Assembly: GCA_000934665.2 (NCBI GenBank)
Contig: KZ538728.1
Location: forward strand, 1-50,699
Length of the DNA stretch: 50,699 nucleotides
Direction of reading: 5' to 3'
Source of the DNA: Catajapyx aquilonaris
Taxonomy: Eukaryota
Below, one piece after another: positions 21,413 through 32,700 of this stretch. A model generated the notes under the pieces. That model worked only from the letters and a program-made list of their open reading frames with translations, ran no database searches and was not told the DNA's origin. The translations under genes were made by a program, and so were the position numbers. The number at the start of each line of letters is the position of its first letter. Position 1 is the stretch's first letter.

Positions 21413-24400
21413 TTAATACACATGCACCATGCCATACAAGAATCTGAATGCGTTGTTAAGAAAAGTTACAATGTGTAGGTGAAGCTTGACACTCAAGTAC
21501 ACGCATATTTCCCAGACCCAGATCAAGTTTCCTTTTACAGATCCCAAGAACAGTGTTCAACACCCACACACATCCCTATAAAGTATGTGGCTCACTACCT
21601 AACAGTGTCTGTGACATGTAAGAGCACGAGCAAGAAAAAATGGTATAACCTTGACATTGACTTTGACCTTATATCTGTTTCACTAATCTTGATGCAATGC
21701 GTAGTAAATTGTTTTTCCTCACTCTCTTTGTGGTTAGGAAAAGCTCATACCCAGTGTTATGCAACAAAATTGAAGGGCTCAGGAGAAAAACATGTTAAGA
21801 GTCAGTGGAATGTACAAAAAGTTCTTGGCCAGAATTTTTTTCATGGAAACAAATGAAGCACACTAGGTGTCCTCCTGCGGGTAGGTGTGGAGTACCTTCA
21901 TGAGTATTCGTGAATATTTTCCTGCCTGCAAAGAGCACCAGTCACTAGCAGTCAGCCTGAGAGCCCACTACTTTATGCCGGTTAACATGTTTTACTCCTG
22001 AGACGTTCATTTCATGCCAAAGCTACCTACTGACGGAACTGGAAGTCTCGCAGGGGATTCTGGATGCCTCAAAAGGTGACCCCGACTTCCAGAACACTGT
22101 GATGACTGGTGGCAAGTCGTGGGTCATACCCTGTTCAAGTTGTTCCTTAATTTCGCGGAAAATGAAAATTCAACAGGTGCCGATTACCCTTGGTCACTCA
22201 CAGGCTGACTGCCAGTGACTTACACTCTCTGCAGGTGGGGAAAAATTCACGAACACTCATGAAGGTACTCCCCACCTGAGGACACCTTCTGTGCTTCATT
22301 TGTTTATGCCGAAAAAATTCAGGCCGAGAACTATTTGCATTTCCCACTGCTGATTAACACGTTTTTCTCCCAAGCCCTTCAATTATGATAGTGACTAATA
22401 TTCACCCACTTTTTGAATGACTGCAATTACCGGAACATCAGCTGCTAATGGCCTGTTAAGGCACTTCAAATCCAACAAAAGGATACGTCCAGCAGAGAAC
22501 ATACGTCTGAAATTGTTGGTCAAGGAAAAATACTTTGGCAAAAATATTACACACCATACCAATGCAAAAGGATACAAATAGGCCTCCAAAGAATCCGTTG
22601 GTCAGGAGACCTTTTCGGCTGATAAAATACTTTTGCCAATAGAATCCAGCTTTTAATAATAACAGCATCTGTGTCAATCAAGTAGTACATCAGGTTAAAA
22701 AGTTCTTGCATGCGAATGGAATATAAGAAAGCTATTGTAAAACTCACCCATAGTCCAAAAACAGCAAACATGTAGAATATAAATCCATATAATCCGGTCA
22801 GTCCAAGAAGACCAGCAGTACTTCCTGACAAGGCAGCCATTGAGGTTCGGCAATATTCGACAATGGCAGCATTGTTGCGAATTGCAACTTCGCTGTAGGC
22901 TATCAACTCTGAGGAAACAAGAATTACAGAAGTGATTCTAATTGCATTGTTTGTTATCTAGAGCACAGAAACATAATATTAAGTAAATACAAATAAAGAA
23001 ATGAATAAAACAATGGAATCAAGGTTGGAAGAAAAATACAATCTTCACATTCTTCCCTGACACACTGCTTGTACATCAGCAATATTATTTTCAATGCTAT
23101 TAGTAACTATTTTATCAGATATTTCATTTGTCTTGCAAACGCAGTCTGGGAAATGATATGCATGGGTGTGCTCTTTCTGAGAGTACCCTGTCATGGTCAA
23201 TGCTTATCACATCCTATATTCGGATTTGTTAGTTAGTTAAGCTTTTTGTGGTGTAACAACAACAGTGGCTATACTGTGCAAGAGACAAAGTCATGTTTTA
23301 TGTTAACTTACATTAACTGCAATAATGAGCCAAAAGTGGGTAAATTGGGCTAAGACTGAGGTCTGTAATTGCACATAATTGTGAAGCAGCAGCAAATGAG
23401 AAGGTGGCAGCATGCTTGAAGAAATTAAAACTCGTTGATTTTCACAGTAGAGATTGGTGAAACACCCCATCATGAATCAATTTCATAGACTGTATAACTT
23501 TCCTGCATGAATTTTCAGCAGACTTTGGAGCACACTTTACTATCACATTTCTTGTTATGACAATATTACTTTCCAATACATAACTTTTGTCAATATGTGA
23601 TTGATTTATTGATTTGGATTTTATGGTGCAAAAGCAAACATGACTAGATGCTGTGCTAATTTGCCAATCTGTCATTTCTCCTAACCACAATTGTGCAAGG
23701 AAGATATGCATTGCATACAAGCACCATACTGTCCCTGCCGTATGCCACTGAAAGTATTAAAGTAATGTAAATCCGCAATATGTAGGCAACAATATTGTAC
23801 TGTACACTTGTCCACTAATATGCATGGGATGTGCCAGATGCGCAACTAAGCAAGTGCTCACATGTGAAGGTTAGGCAAAATCCACCATTAAAAAACAATT
23901 TGACTGTGACTACTCAAGTGCATGTGCAAAGCTATGAATTGTCTTATGACAGCTTGTAATATTAGGGGTTGTGACACTATCATAAACCTAATGCAGTGAA
24001 ACCTCGATAGTGTCTGACAATTTTCAAATAGGGACACACCTCCTCTCCCTCCCGCCCAATGAGCTTTGACTATCCCTATCTATCATCCCTCTGATTGGTG
24101 CTTCTATGAAAGGTCACCTACGTCACGTCCCTTACTCAAAATTGTCAGACTCTATAATGCTCCAGCATATACAGCTATCCTGGTTTTAACCCCCTTTTTT
24201 CCGGTCTCTTGATCAGTCCCATAAGGAGAATTTCCAGCATATAATGAATTCCTGATTATAACAGTACTTTGAGTCAGTCCCTTGAGAATCATTATATTGA
24301 GGTTTTACTGTATTTGTAATGGATAAATGTGTTATATGTAGTTTATAACTTCACACTTCAACGTTGTAGCTTACACTCCATTCTAAGAAGTAATATCATC

Positions 24401-26079
24401 CTCTGACGGCATATATTCATTTATGTATGAATATTATCCAATAAAAATTGGAGACTGAGTTCTCTCTCTGATATTGTACCATACCTGTTACAACCAAATA
24501 ACATCAGTTTATTTGTGCAAAATACACATTAGAGTGTAAAACACAAATTGACAGTTCTTATTCCACCGTTTATGAAGCAGTAATAATTGAGTGACCATAC
24601 AGTCAAGTGCCAAAGTTCAAGGTAATGCAAGCGTCATGTGTGGTAATGAACTTAGAATCAAAGTACAGTCCCGAGTCTCCAACTTTAGTTGGAGACACTG
24701 TGGGCCTTCTCTGGACACCTTCTATTATCAGACTCAAATTAATTGACTATTTTTGGACCCAGATGGCTGCTTTAGGTGTGTGTTCATACATTTATAACTG
24801 TAGGCCTATATTTGATACCGTAATGGAGGGGATTGGCAGAGCACCCTGCCGAAGGGGAGGGCCTGCCGTCTCCAACTTTATGCTCGGGACTGTATATCTG
24901 CTCATGGATTTGGCACAATAAATACAATTCACCCCCATTTCCCTTACAGCATGAAACCTGCCTAAAACAGATCCTGAATACAGCTGAAACTTCTTTACAG
25001 AACTTGGTTTAGTCCTGGATGAAGCTTTTCAATGTATTTTACACTAGTGAAAATACAGGGTGTTCCAAATATCCAGGTCACTTTTGGATAACTGGTATCG
25101 CCCGATAGCAGTTATCCAAAAGTGACCTGGATATTTGGAACACCCTGTACACACGCACTACTGGAGGGAGTAATCCATCATGCTTACCCCAGCCCATTGT
25201 TGGAGGTTTCAACTTAAGCAGTGTAGCACTCTGCATATTCAAATGCATCGGGACATCTGAAAGATGTCCCTAAGTCAGTTCAGATCTGCATTAGTGGAAC
25301 TCCTTTGTACAGACATGAGTCAAATTGGCACCCTGTTTGAACATATGATGTAATGAATTTTCTGAATACACATGCAGCATGTATGACTCACAAAGCTTGA
25401 CAACTTGAGTCAGGACTGTGTGCAATATTTCCAAATATGGACCTCACAAGTCAGCTGTTGTCCTCTCTTACTCCTCCTCCAAAGCGCGATTAATTATTTG
25501 GGCTATTGGTTTTTGCACAGCTATTAAAACGGTTTCACCACCTCACCTCGTAAAATTGGCGGGAGTACTTCTGAAATAGAACAGTTGGCTCCCTGTTGCC
25601 CATGCGCTTTTTAAATTATTTAGCCCAAACCGGTTCCCTGGCAACCAGGACAGGGAACCAACTGTTCTGCGTTTGAAAGTTCTCCACCGATTTTACGAGG
25701 TGAGGTGGTGAAACCGTTTTAAGCTGTGCTAATAGCTGTGCAAGAACCAATAGCCCAAATTAATCATGCTTTGGAGGAGTAAGAGAGGACAACTTTTGCC
25801 ATCGCACAACTGCGATATATTTTCCAAATTCGAATCAGAAACCAAGATGTCGTGAGCCGTTTTTCAAAAACCCCTCTCCTTGTAGAGCTCTCAATTATTA
25901 TTCTAATGAATTGAAACTCTGTCAGGGGCGCAATTGCCCCTTCCTCGCCATACTGTGAAAATTTCAGGTCCGTACCTCCAGCGAGACGCCCGCATCGGTG
26001 GTGCAAAGCGAACGCTGCACCCGTGACTCAGCCAAACTTAAACCGCAATTCCGAAAAATCACTTAGGTATCCGGCGCCC

Positions 26080-26136
<57 letters not shown>

Positions 26137-29013
26137 GATACTCCATGATAGGCCTCCTTGGGCCTTTTAGATCATCTTTTCAACAACCGACTTTAATCAT
26201 ATGCCTGTGCTCCAATGGGTTTTTCCATGTGGGAGGAAATGGGAGCCCCCTGAGAAAACCCATGTGAACACGGAGAGAACCCATCCAAACTCTATCCACA
26301 TAAGTATCCTCTGTCCGATCCGGGGATCGAACTCGGGACCTTAGAGGTGGAAGGCTGTGGCGCTAACCACTACACCACCCATAGTAGGCCTAATATGAAA
26401 TGAACAAGACTGGGCAGAGGTGATTTTGCATGATGTACAGCAAGACTGCACCACAACCAATCATCATTATCACTTGGTATATGTCAGCTATTGAGACAGA
26501 TTTAACAGAAAGCTGAGACAAGGTGCATGGTTGTGGTACTCATGTCTCCACACGCCAGAGAACATAGTGGTAGAGGTGAAATTGTACGAAATTCTCAATC
26601 CAGGTGTCTCTCTCTTGGGGTTTCCATCACAACCTGTCTTTAAAACATTTTTGGGGGTGCAAAATTGATGTTAGAAAGTACACTATTATTTTGTGGATAG
26701 GTTCATGTAGGGGCACAGTCCTGCCTAGATTTAACCCGGCTAGGATGTGAACATTGTGAGAGTGGGGTATCAACGAGCCTTCATTAGGGATGGGACTTGT
26801 CAAAAGATTTGCCTCATTAGTTTATTTCACTGCCTCTTATTCTACCATTGTAATAAAAAAAATTAGAAAAGAAAAAAAACAACAAGAGAAGCCATGTGCA
26901 CCACTACTTGTACAGTGCCATTCCGCTGTAATGTAGACGCAACCCAATGACCCGAAGAGGTAATGAAACGAAACTCGGGAAAAGGGGAAGGAAGAAATGA
27001 GGAGAGTATAAAGGAGAGCCAGGATGGAGCAAAGACAGAGGCGGACAACAGTGGAGAAGCAAAGTCCCGAGCTACAACTCAGATTTGCCAATTACAGGGT
27101 GAGTGCAAATGGAAGGTGTCACCAGGTTGTGCACACTGCCAGTGAGTGCTGGCCCATGTCTGGCCATAAGAAAGTGTGGTCACCCTACATAAGTGTACTA
27201 CATAACTAGTAGTATTCTATATGACTGTTAATAAATGTTGCTAGATCTGCTCACCTGGATTTAGAAAGCGCCTAACTCCTTCTACACTGGAGTTCAGGGC
27301 CAGTATCCAAACTGTCCAGCATCCCGATCCCAAAACCCCAGACACCACCACAAATGCGACATTGACACAGCCCGGTAAAATCCTGCTAGAACCAAAAATG
27401 GACTAATCTCCTTTTTGGAACTGAATACTGCTGTATGACCCATACTTTTTCCGGGTTGGCCTGGATGCAGTCTTTCGGTACCCCGTGACCCAAATAGACA
27501 ACCTGTTCTTGGAAAAAGTTACATGTTGAGATCTTCAGGCATAACCCGGCTTCCATGAGCTTTTTAAATATGCTCATGAGCCTGTGTAGGTGTTCAGCAT
27601 CTTGAAATGTTCTGGAAAATATGATATCATCGAGCTATACCAGGCCTGTCTCATCCTTTAATCCTGTTAAGATTGTGTCCCAAAATTTTTGAAATGTTGA
27701 CCAAAGTAAAGGGTATTCTAGTAAATTGGAACCTCTGAGAAGGAAGTGTAAACATGGGTTTTCCCTATCCTCTGGCAGGCTGAGCCATTGTCGTATTTGT
27801 GGTGTCGTTTGGACTTGGGTTTTGAGATTGGGATGCTGGGCAGTTTGGGTTGTGATGTGAAGGGTGTTAGGGGCACTCTAAACCAAGGAGTGCTAATCAA
27901 ACACCAACATTGTTTAAACAGGCATATAAAAACACTAATACAGTAGACTCCAAATATAACAGCCTTGGATATAACAGACTCTCGATGATACTAGACTGAT
28001 TTCCATGGTCCCTTGAAGTCTGTTACATCCAGAGTCTACTGTAGCTACATGGTACACTTATGTAGGGTAACCACCCTTGCTGATAGTCAGACATGGGTCA
28101 AGACTCACTCTGGCAGTGCACACAACCTGGTGATATCATCCATATGCACTCTCCCTGGCATCAGAATCTGGTTGTAGCTTAGGACTTTGCTTCTCTGCTG
28201 TTTTCCTCCTGTGTCTCTGCTCTGCCCTGGCTCTCCTCTCTCCGCATTTCCTCCTTTCCCTAAGTTCCGTTTAGAGACCTCTTTGGGTCACTGGGTCTAC
28301 GTTACAGTATCAGTGGTAGGTTGTGGTACAATCTAGTCCTACTTCATTCATGACCAATACCTCTGTAGAGCTGTGCTTGATATTGTTTCATAAAACCACA
28401 GACAATACATGGCATACCTCCACAGCTGCAAATTTCCTGATGACATCCTATGCCTATCTGGCTGGTGAAAATAATACAATGCAATCTATAGCACGAATGA
28501 CAAAACTTGGTAATTATGGATCATTTTAAATTAATTTTAATTGGTATGTTTTTTCAGATATGAATTTCTCTTTGCTCAGGTAGTTTTGAATAAAGGACAG
28601 GTGTAGTTTTTTGTTGACATGTTTCAGAGAGGTATATTTTCTTCCTTGATAAAGTGCCTTTAGTGGCATTAGTTTAACTATCATTTAAGCTAATCAGCGA
28701 GGAAAAATACCTCTCGTTCTCATGCATACGATGGACCAAACATTAGACCAAAAAAAAAAAAAAAAAATCGCACCTTCGTCTTGTGTTTCTAAGCATTGTA
28801 AACTGGCTTCATGTGCTTCAAATGAGCGAGAAGTGTTCGTTTTTTATCTCGATCAGCAAAACAGAACAGTCACTTTTTTCGGGGTAGAAAAACAACTCGT
28901 CTGGGACGGAAGTAGAAAAAAATCACAGCTGAGACCGCACTTTTAATATGCACGCTCATAAATAACTCACCTCCTGTTTTTTCCAATTTAGTTTTCACTC
29001 TGTTAGACACCAT
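21413..29013 (-). CDS. EMC6: ER membrane protein complex subunit 6 (EMC6/TMEM93), 115 aa, 5 coding exons
   Basis: Exons 29013-28971 ([14 protein letters not shown]), 22908-22748 ([54 protein letters not shown]), 22668-22576 ([31 protein letters not shown]), 22506-22487 (TYVLCWT), 21443-21413 (FLYGMVHVY*); all phases compatible; matches the known EMC6 signature [25 protein letters not shown]...[16 protein letters not shown]. Confidence 0.96.
21444..22486 (-). other. U12-type (minor spliceosome) GT-AG intron, EMC6 intron 4 (1043 nt)
   Basis: 5' site GTATCCTTTT (22486-22477); branch CTTTTCTTAAC (21465-21455) about 11 nt before CAG, with no polypyrimidine tract in between. Confidence 0.88.
21768..22384 (+). 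mobile_element. Mariner-derived foldback element with ~190-bp inverted arms inside EMC6 intron 4
   Basis: AATTGAAGGGCT...GAGAAAAACATGTTAA / TTAACACGTTTTTCTC...AGCCCTTCAATT; centre encodes [29 protein letters not shown] (22039-22125), a degenerate mariner xxTGDExWV region. Confidence 0.75.
22507..22575 (-). other. U12-type (minor spliceosome) GT-AG intron, EMC6 intron 3 (69 nt)
   Basis: 5' site GTATCCTTTT (22575-22566); branch TTTTTCCTTGAC about 12 nt upstream of the CAG end. Confidence 0.9.
23994..24310. mobile_element. Tigger-type MITE with nested foldback (24010-24153)
   Basis: CAGTGAAACCTCGATA / TATATTGAGGTTTTACTG; inner GTCTGACAATTTT...AGGGAC / GTCCCT...AAAATTGTCAGAC. Confidence 0.6.
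24665..24891. mobile_element. TA-flanked MITE
   Basis: TA-CAGTCCCGAG...CTCGGGACTG-TA; GTCTCCAACTTTA subterminal repeats. Confidence 0.65.
25056..25147. mobile_element. Near-perfect 92-bp Tc1/mariner-type mini-MITE
   Basis: TA-CAGGGTGTTCCAAATATCCAGGTCACTTTTGGATAACTG...CAGTTATCCAAAAGTGACCTGGATATTTGGAACACCCTG-TA. Confidence 0.85.
25457..25792. mobile_element. Foldback/palindromic element
   Basis: GTTGTCCTCTCTTACTCCTCC...AAAACGGTTTCACCACCTCACCTCGTAAAAT / ATTTTACGAGGTGAGGTGGTGAAACCGTTTT...GGAGGAGTAAGAGAGGACAAC. Confidence 0.75.
26081..26379 (-). mobile_element. tRNA-derived V-domain SINE, copy 3, with long (ATT)n tail
   Basis: Homologous to the 1122 copy; B box GAGTTCGATCCC on the minus strand; CCCATA flanking repeat. 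Confidence 0.85.
26927..28306 (-). mobile_element. Gypsy-derived element: two LTRs in inverted orientation flanking an RT pseudogene fragment
   Basis: LTR1 26927-27361 (+, TGTAA...CGACA, TATAAA, AATAAA); LTR2 27789-28306 (-, same family, interrupted by a Tigger MITE); RT 27700-27375 (-): [65 protein letters not shown]...PEKV. Confidence 0.85.
27941..28041. mobile_element. Tigger-type MITE inserted in LTR2
   Basis: TA-CAGTAGACTCCAAATATAAC / GTTACATCCAGAGTCTACTG-TA. Confidence 0.7.
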
Positions 29014-29300
29014 GTTGGCGCTTTCGGACCAGAAAAGCACGCTAAAAGCACACACCGCTGTACACTCCTTATTGCTCAACGGCGGCCATCTTGCAGAACA
29101 GAATGTCCACCTGCGGCAGATAATTGTTATACGTGTCATTATTTTCTTAATAATACACCACTGTATTATCATCATATCTGTTTTATTATACTAAATAAAA
29201 CAAAAAAACACCTTCAAAACAGAATTTTCTGAAAATCATAGCCTATCTGGCAACGTGAAATTGGAAGTGTTTTTTTTTCCAAGATGGCGTCCACTGGAGT
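29014..29300. promoter_or_regulatory. Putative bidirectional housekeeping promoter (EMC6 and a divergent + strand gene)
   Basis: YY1-type motifs pointing outward: CAAGATGGCCGC on the minus strand (29082-29093) and CAAGATGGCG on the plus strand (29280-29289); GGAAGTG near 29263; AT-rich core between them. Confidence 0.6.
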
Positions 29301-29419
29301 TCCGTTTATTTTTGTGCATATTTCCCACCTCCTTTTGTGAATTGCTCCCTGGCTGAAACTCGTAAAGACTGTTGCGGTGCCTCAGCAACAATTGGTTAGA
29401 TGCGTAGACGTTGCTCTCG
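29265..29419 (+). other. Probable first (likely non-coding) exon of an unidentified divergent gene; 5' start approximate
   Basis: Strong donor CG|GTAAGT at 29420 (second GTAAGT at 29424); the ATG at 29284 opens only an 18-codon ORF. Confidence 0.5.
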
Positions 29420-29937
29420 GTAAGTAAGTATTGCGTTGAACAATGGTCTCAATATATTGTGGATATTACATCCTGATTACAACGCCTGTTTTACACCAAG
29501 GGTTAAGCCTGAGATGCACAGACGTGCAGTGGGATTAATGGGTATTGTGTACACATGGTAGAAAATGGTAGCCTTACATAGATGTAAAAACTTATTTGCT
29601 TGTTTAGGCATTTACATTTAGTTTTTTGTTGTTGTTTGTTTTTTGCTAAATCATGTACCCGGTACCATTATCTTTTCAATTATGAATTAACATTATAATG
29701 TACTATTCGGAAAATTTCAGACTGACCCAGCCAAAATAGGTTATGCAACCCATCAATTGCCTTTTTTATTTACAATTTACTAGTGCATTAATTCCCACTT
29801 TCTTCCTTCCTACTCCTCCTTCGCCGTCTACCACCAGCTCCAGTTTATTAAAATCCATAACTGCACTAAGCCATACCTCTTCCCTTGCAATTTATATCCA
29901 CTAAATGAGTGTCAATCAGTAAGCAGAAATATTATTA

Positions 29938-30482
29938 CCGAATTACCTAGCTCATATTGCGGGATGCCGGTATAAAACGAGGTCGACCAGCATGCCGGTA
30001 TAACCTGGGGGTGGCCGGCATGCTGCAATAACCGAGGTAGATTTCCGTAATTTTGATCCTTGCCAAATTTTTTGGAATGCTTCTGGTACCATACTAAAGT
30101 AATGTTACAATGAAAATGGGCGAGTGTACAAGCTGTGAGAATATGCAACTTCTGTTGCACAGTGCATTTAGAAAATGTAGAGTGTATGACCAATCCCATC
30201 GTCAGCCTGCTTTGACAGGGGAACCCCCTGCTCCAACATACTGTTTAAATAGAGATTATTGCCAGAAAATGTGCCTTTTTGATGGCCTTTCCGTGAATTT
30301 TGCTTTTCATTTCAGGCAAATGTCAAGTTCGGAAAGGATAATGTAACTTATGTGAAAACCTCGCCTTATACTGGCATACCTCGCCTTATACCGGCATGCT
30401 GGTATAGCCACCAGATCTAGCATTTTTAAAAACTGGTCGACCTCGCCTACACCGGCATGCCCCAATATGAGAGGTAATACGG
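29938..30482. mobile_element. TA-flanked pogo-like MITE
   Basis: TA-CCGAATTACCT..CTCATATTG.GG.ATGCCGG / CCGGCATGCCCAATATGAGAGGTAATACGG-TA; internal CCGGCATGC repeats. Confidence 0.7.
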
Positions 30483-30733
30483 TAAATGTCACACATCCAA
30501 TGGATGTCAAAGCAGGCCAGTAACAAGACCAACCAAGTCCCTTGCATACCACATCTCTATGCAGAAAGATATGGGCTAGAACCACTTCTCTCAAAGAACA
30601 ATGCCAAAGTACGAGATGTTGCGCATCCAGAATTCCCTGTCCACACAAGCAAAGAGTTCCACCATCTTTCGCCTCACCTTTTAGAAGTTTGAATCGTCCT
30701 AACTAGGCTAGGTAGGGACCCTGCCCTGATGGC

Positions 30734-31027
30734 CCAGCCCCCCGCAACTCCTAGCCTAGCCTTATGATGACAGTAGTGAACTTACACAGTCTCCGCCAGC
30801 CTGGAATTTGGCGCTGGCGCAGCCCCACAGGCATGTTACAATTCGGGTGGTTGGCTGGGAGTCTGCAAATGTACCCTGGACCCAGCTGATGGGGAAAGGA
30901 ATGTTTGGGTTGGTTGAGGCGTCCGCCCGAATTGTAAGATGCCTGTGGGGCTGCGCCAGCGCCAAATTCCAGGCTGGCAGAGACTCTGTACATACACTAC
31001 CGTATCGTGGGAGTTGCCCCCTGCTGG
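30734..31027. mobile_element. CCA...TGG foldback element E
   Basis: Ends CCAGCCCCCCGCAACTCC / GGGAGTTGCCCCCTGCTGG; internal palindrome AGTCTCCGCCAGCCTGGAATTTGGCGCTGGCGCAGCCCCACAGGCAT and its complement; flanks match only 3/6. Confidence 0.65.
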
Positions 31028-31149
31028 TCTAGCCTCATGGTCATGAAATGTATCTCACAATAGAAACTGTCGAGCAAAAGCCATGATAACATTAATCTCT
31101 TAGTTGATCCCATTCAGACTGCCAGGTTCCTAAAGCTGCTCCCAGAGAT

Positions 31150-32700
31150 CACCAGTGAATTACAGCTAAGGGTTCAGGAAGGAAAAATTTTGTTACCCTC
31201 AATGCAGCAGCCTCCTTGACCAATGCATCTGCCATTTCGTTTCTTAATATCTGTGCTTGGGCTTTGATCCAGCACAGCTTGATTTCCTTAACACTTGCAG
31301 CTAGAATTTTCTGGGCCCATACAGCTTAAGGATTGGTTGTTCTAGAATCAGATATTTTCGTTAGGGCGGAGAAAGAATCGGAAATGACCCATGCCATCCG
31401 CCCCCAACATGCTGGAAGATCATTAGTCCATAGCAGCCTTTCTCAACCGGGGTTCCACGAGTAATAGTGACCAATAGGCTAATCACATTATGTAAAGGTA
31501 TTTTTGAGTCATAGATTGAAATTTATGTATAGGGCTTGGAAAAAAAATAATAGGGACACTTGCGAAAAGCGATTGAAAGTTCGCGTCGGTTTTATTCGAA
31601 AACTGGGAATGTTACAAAGGCAACTTTTTACGGAGTTTTGAAGCTATATCGATGTACATTTGTCGAGGTCTGCTGATGGTGCAAAGATCACAAGAGGAGG
31701 GGGATAACGAAAGTCGAATGACACCTCCTCAGCCACAGTTTTCGACCAGAGGGTCCTACCGTATTCATTTGAAAATGAAAAGAGTTACAGATATGAATGG
31801 TGTTTTAAGCTCTATCAATGTCACATTGGTATAGAGATGGGCCAAAAAACCAACGCCACACATTTACATAATAGAACTTCAATACCCAGTAAAGTAAATT
31901 ACTAAAGGTGGGACACTCTGGTCGAAAAAGGAAGCTTGGGGGGGGGGGGGGGGGNNNNNNNNNNNNNNNNNNNNCCCCCCCCCCATGTGACTTTTGTAAA
32001 ACTCGGCACACCTCAACAAAATAATATGTACTACATCAACAGAGCTTCAAAAATCACAGTAAATGTCATCTTTGTAACTTTTCCAGTCCTGGTTTTAGAA
32101 TAAAACAGACATGAACTTTCAACGTCCTTTAGCAGGTCCCTATTATTTTGTCCAACCTCTGTTAGGCTCAAACGACAATGAGAGAGAGAGAAAACATCTA
32201 TTTCGAGAAAAATTGTTGTTTTCAAACCAACCATTTTGCGACATGGTCATTTTTGTTTTTTTTCCGCTCAGTGATCGTTTTCAGTGATTGAGTCTAACAT
32301 ATTTAATAACTTAAATTTTTATGTAGGGGTTCCCTGAGACATGAAGATAATTTCAAGGGTTCCGCACGAGTAAAGAGGTTGAGAAAAGCTGGCCCAGAGT
32401 ATAGCTTAGACAATCATGGACAATTCCATGTCATATATCAAAGTGTCTGTATTGAAAGGATAGTGCCTCTCCCCTGAAACCGCAGATTTACTAAAGCAAA
32501 TTATGGCACAGCCAGATCCTCCTGGCATAACCGACCAGTAAGACATTATCATGTACTGTGGAAAGTCACATGTATATAAAGCAGTCATAGGTATTGGTGC
32601 AAGTTTTTCAGCTAGGTTCTTATCTACCAATTTTCATGATGTCTAGTGAGTTATAAACCATTATTCTGGATCCAACTTTAAAAGGCAGCTCCCAATCACC
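31150..32700 (-). pseudogene. Degenerate non-LTR retrotransposon RNase H domain, split by a hAT element
   Basis: Minus strand: GSGCAIICF...LIYDMELSMI (about 32520-32410) and ISDSFSAL...EIKLCWIKAQAQILRNEMADALVKEAA (31390-31205), resembling the RNase H motifs AEL.AI, SDS.SAL and WV.AH.G..GNE.AD.LAK. Confidence 0.7.
31434..32391. mobile_element. hAT non-autonomous element
   Basis: TIR CAGCCTTTCTCAACC / GGTTGAGAAAAGCTG, GGGTTCC subterminal motifs, 8-bp TSD GTCCATAG / GCCCAGAG (6/8). Confidence 0.8.

Noticed and set aside
26927..28306. DIRS interpretation of the inverted repeats around RT
   Set aside because: The repeats have TG...CA LTR ends with PBS-like motifs, the RT is Gypsy-type, and no tyrosine recombinase or internal complementary region is seen.
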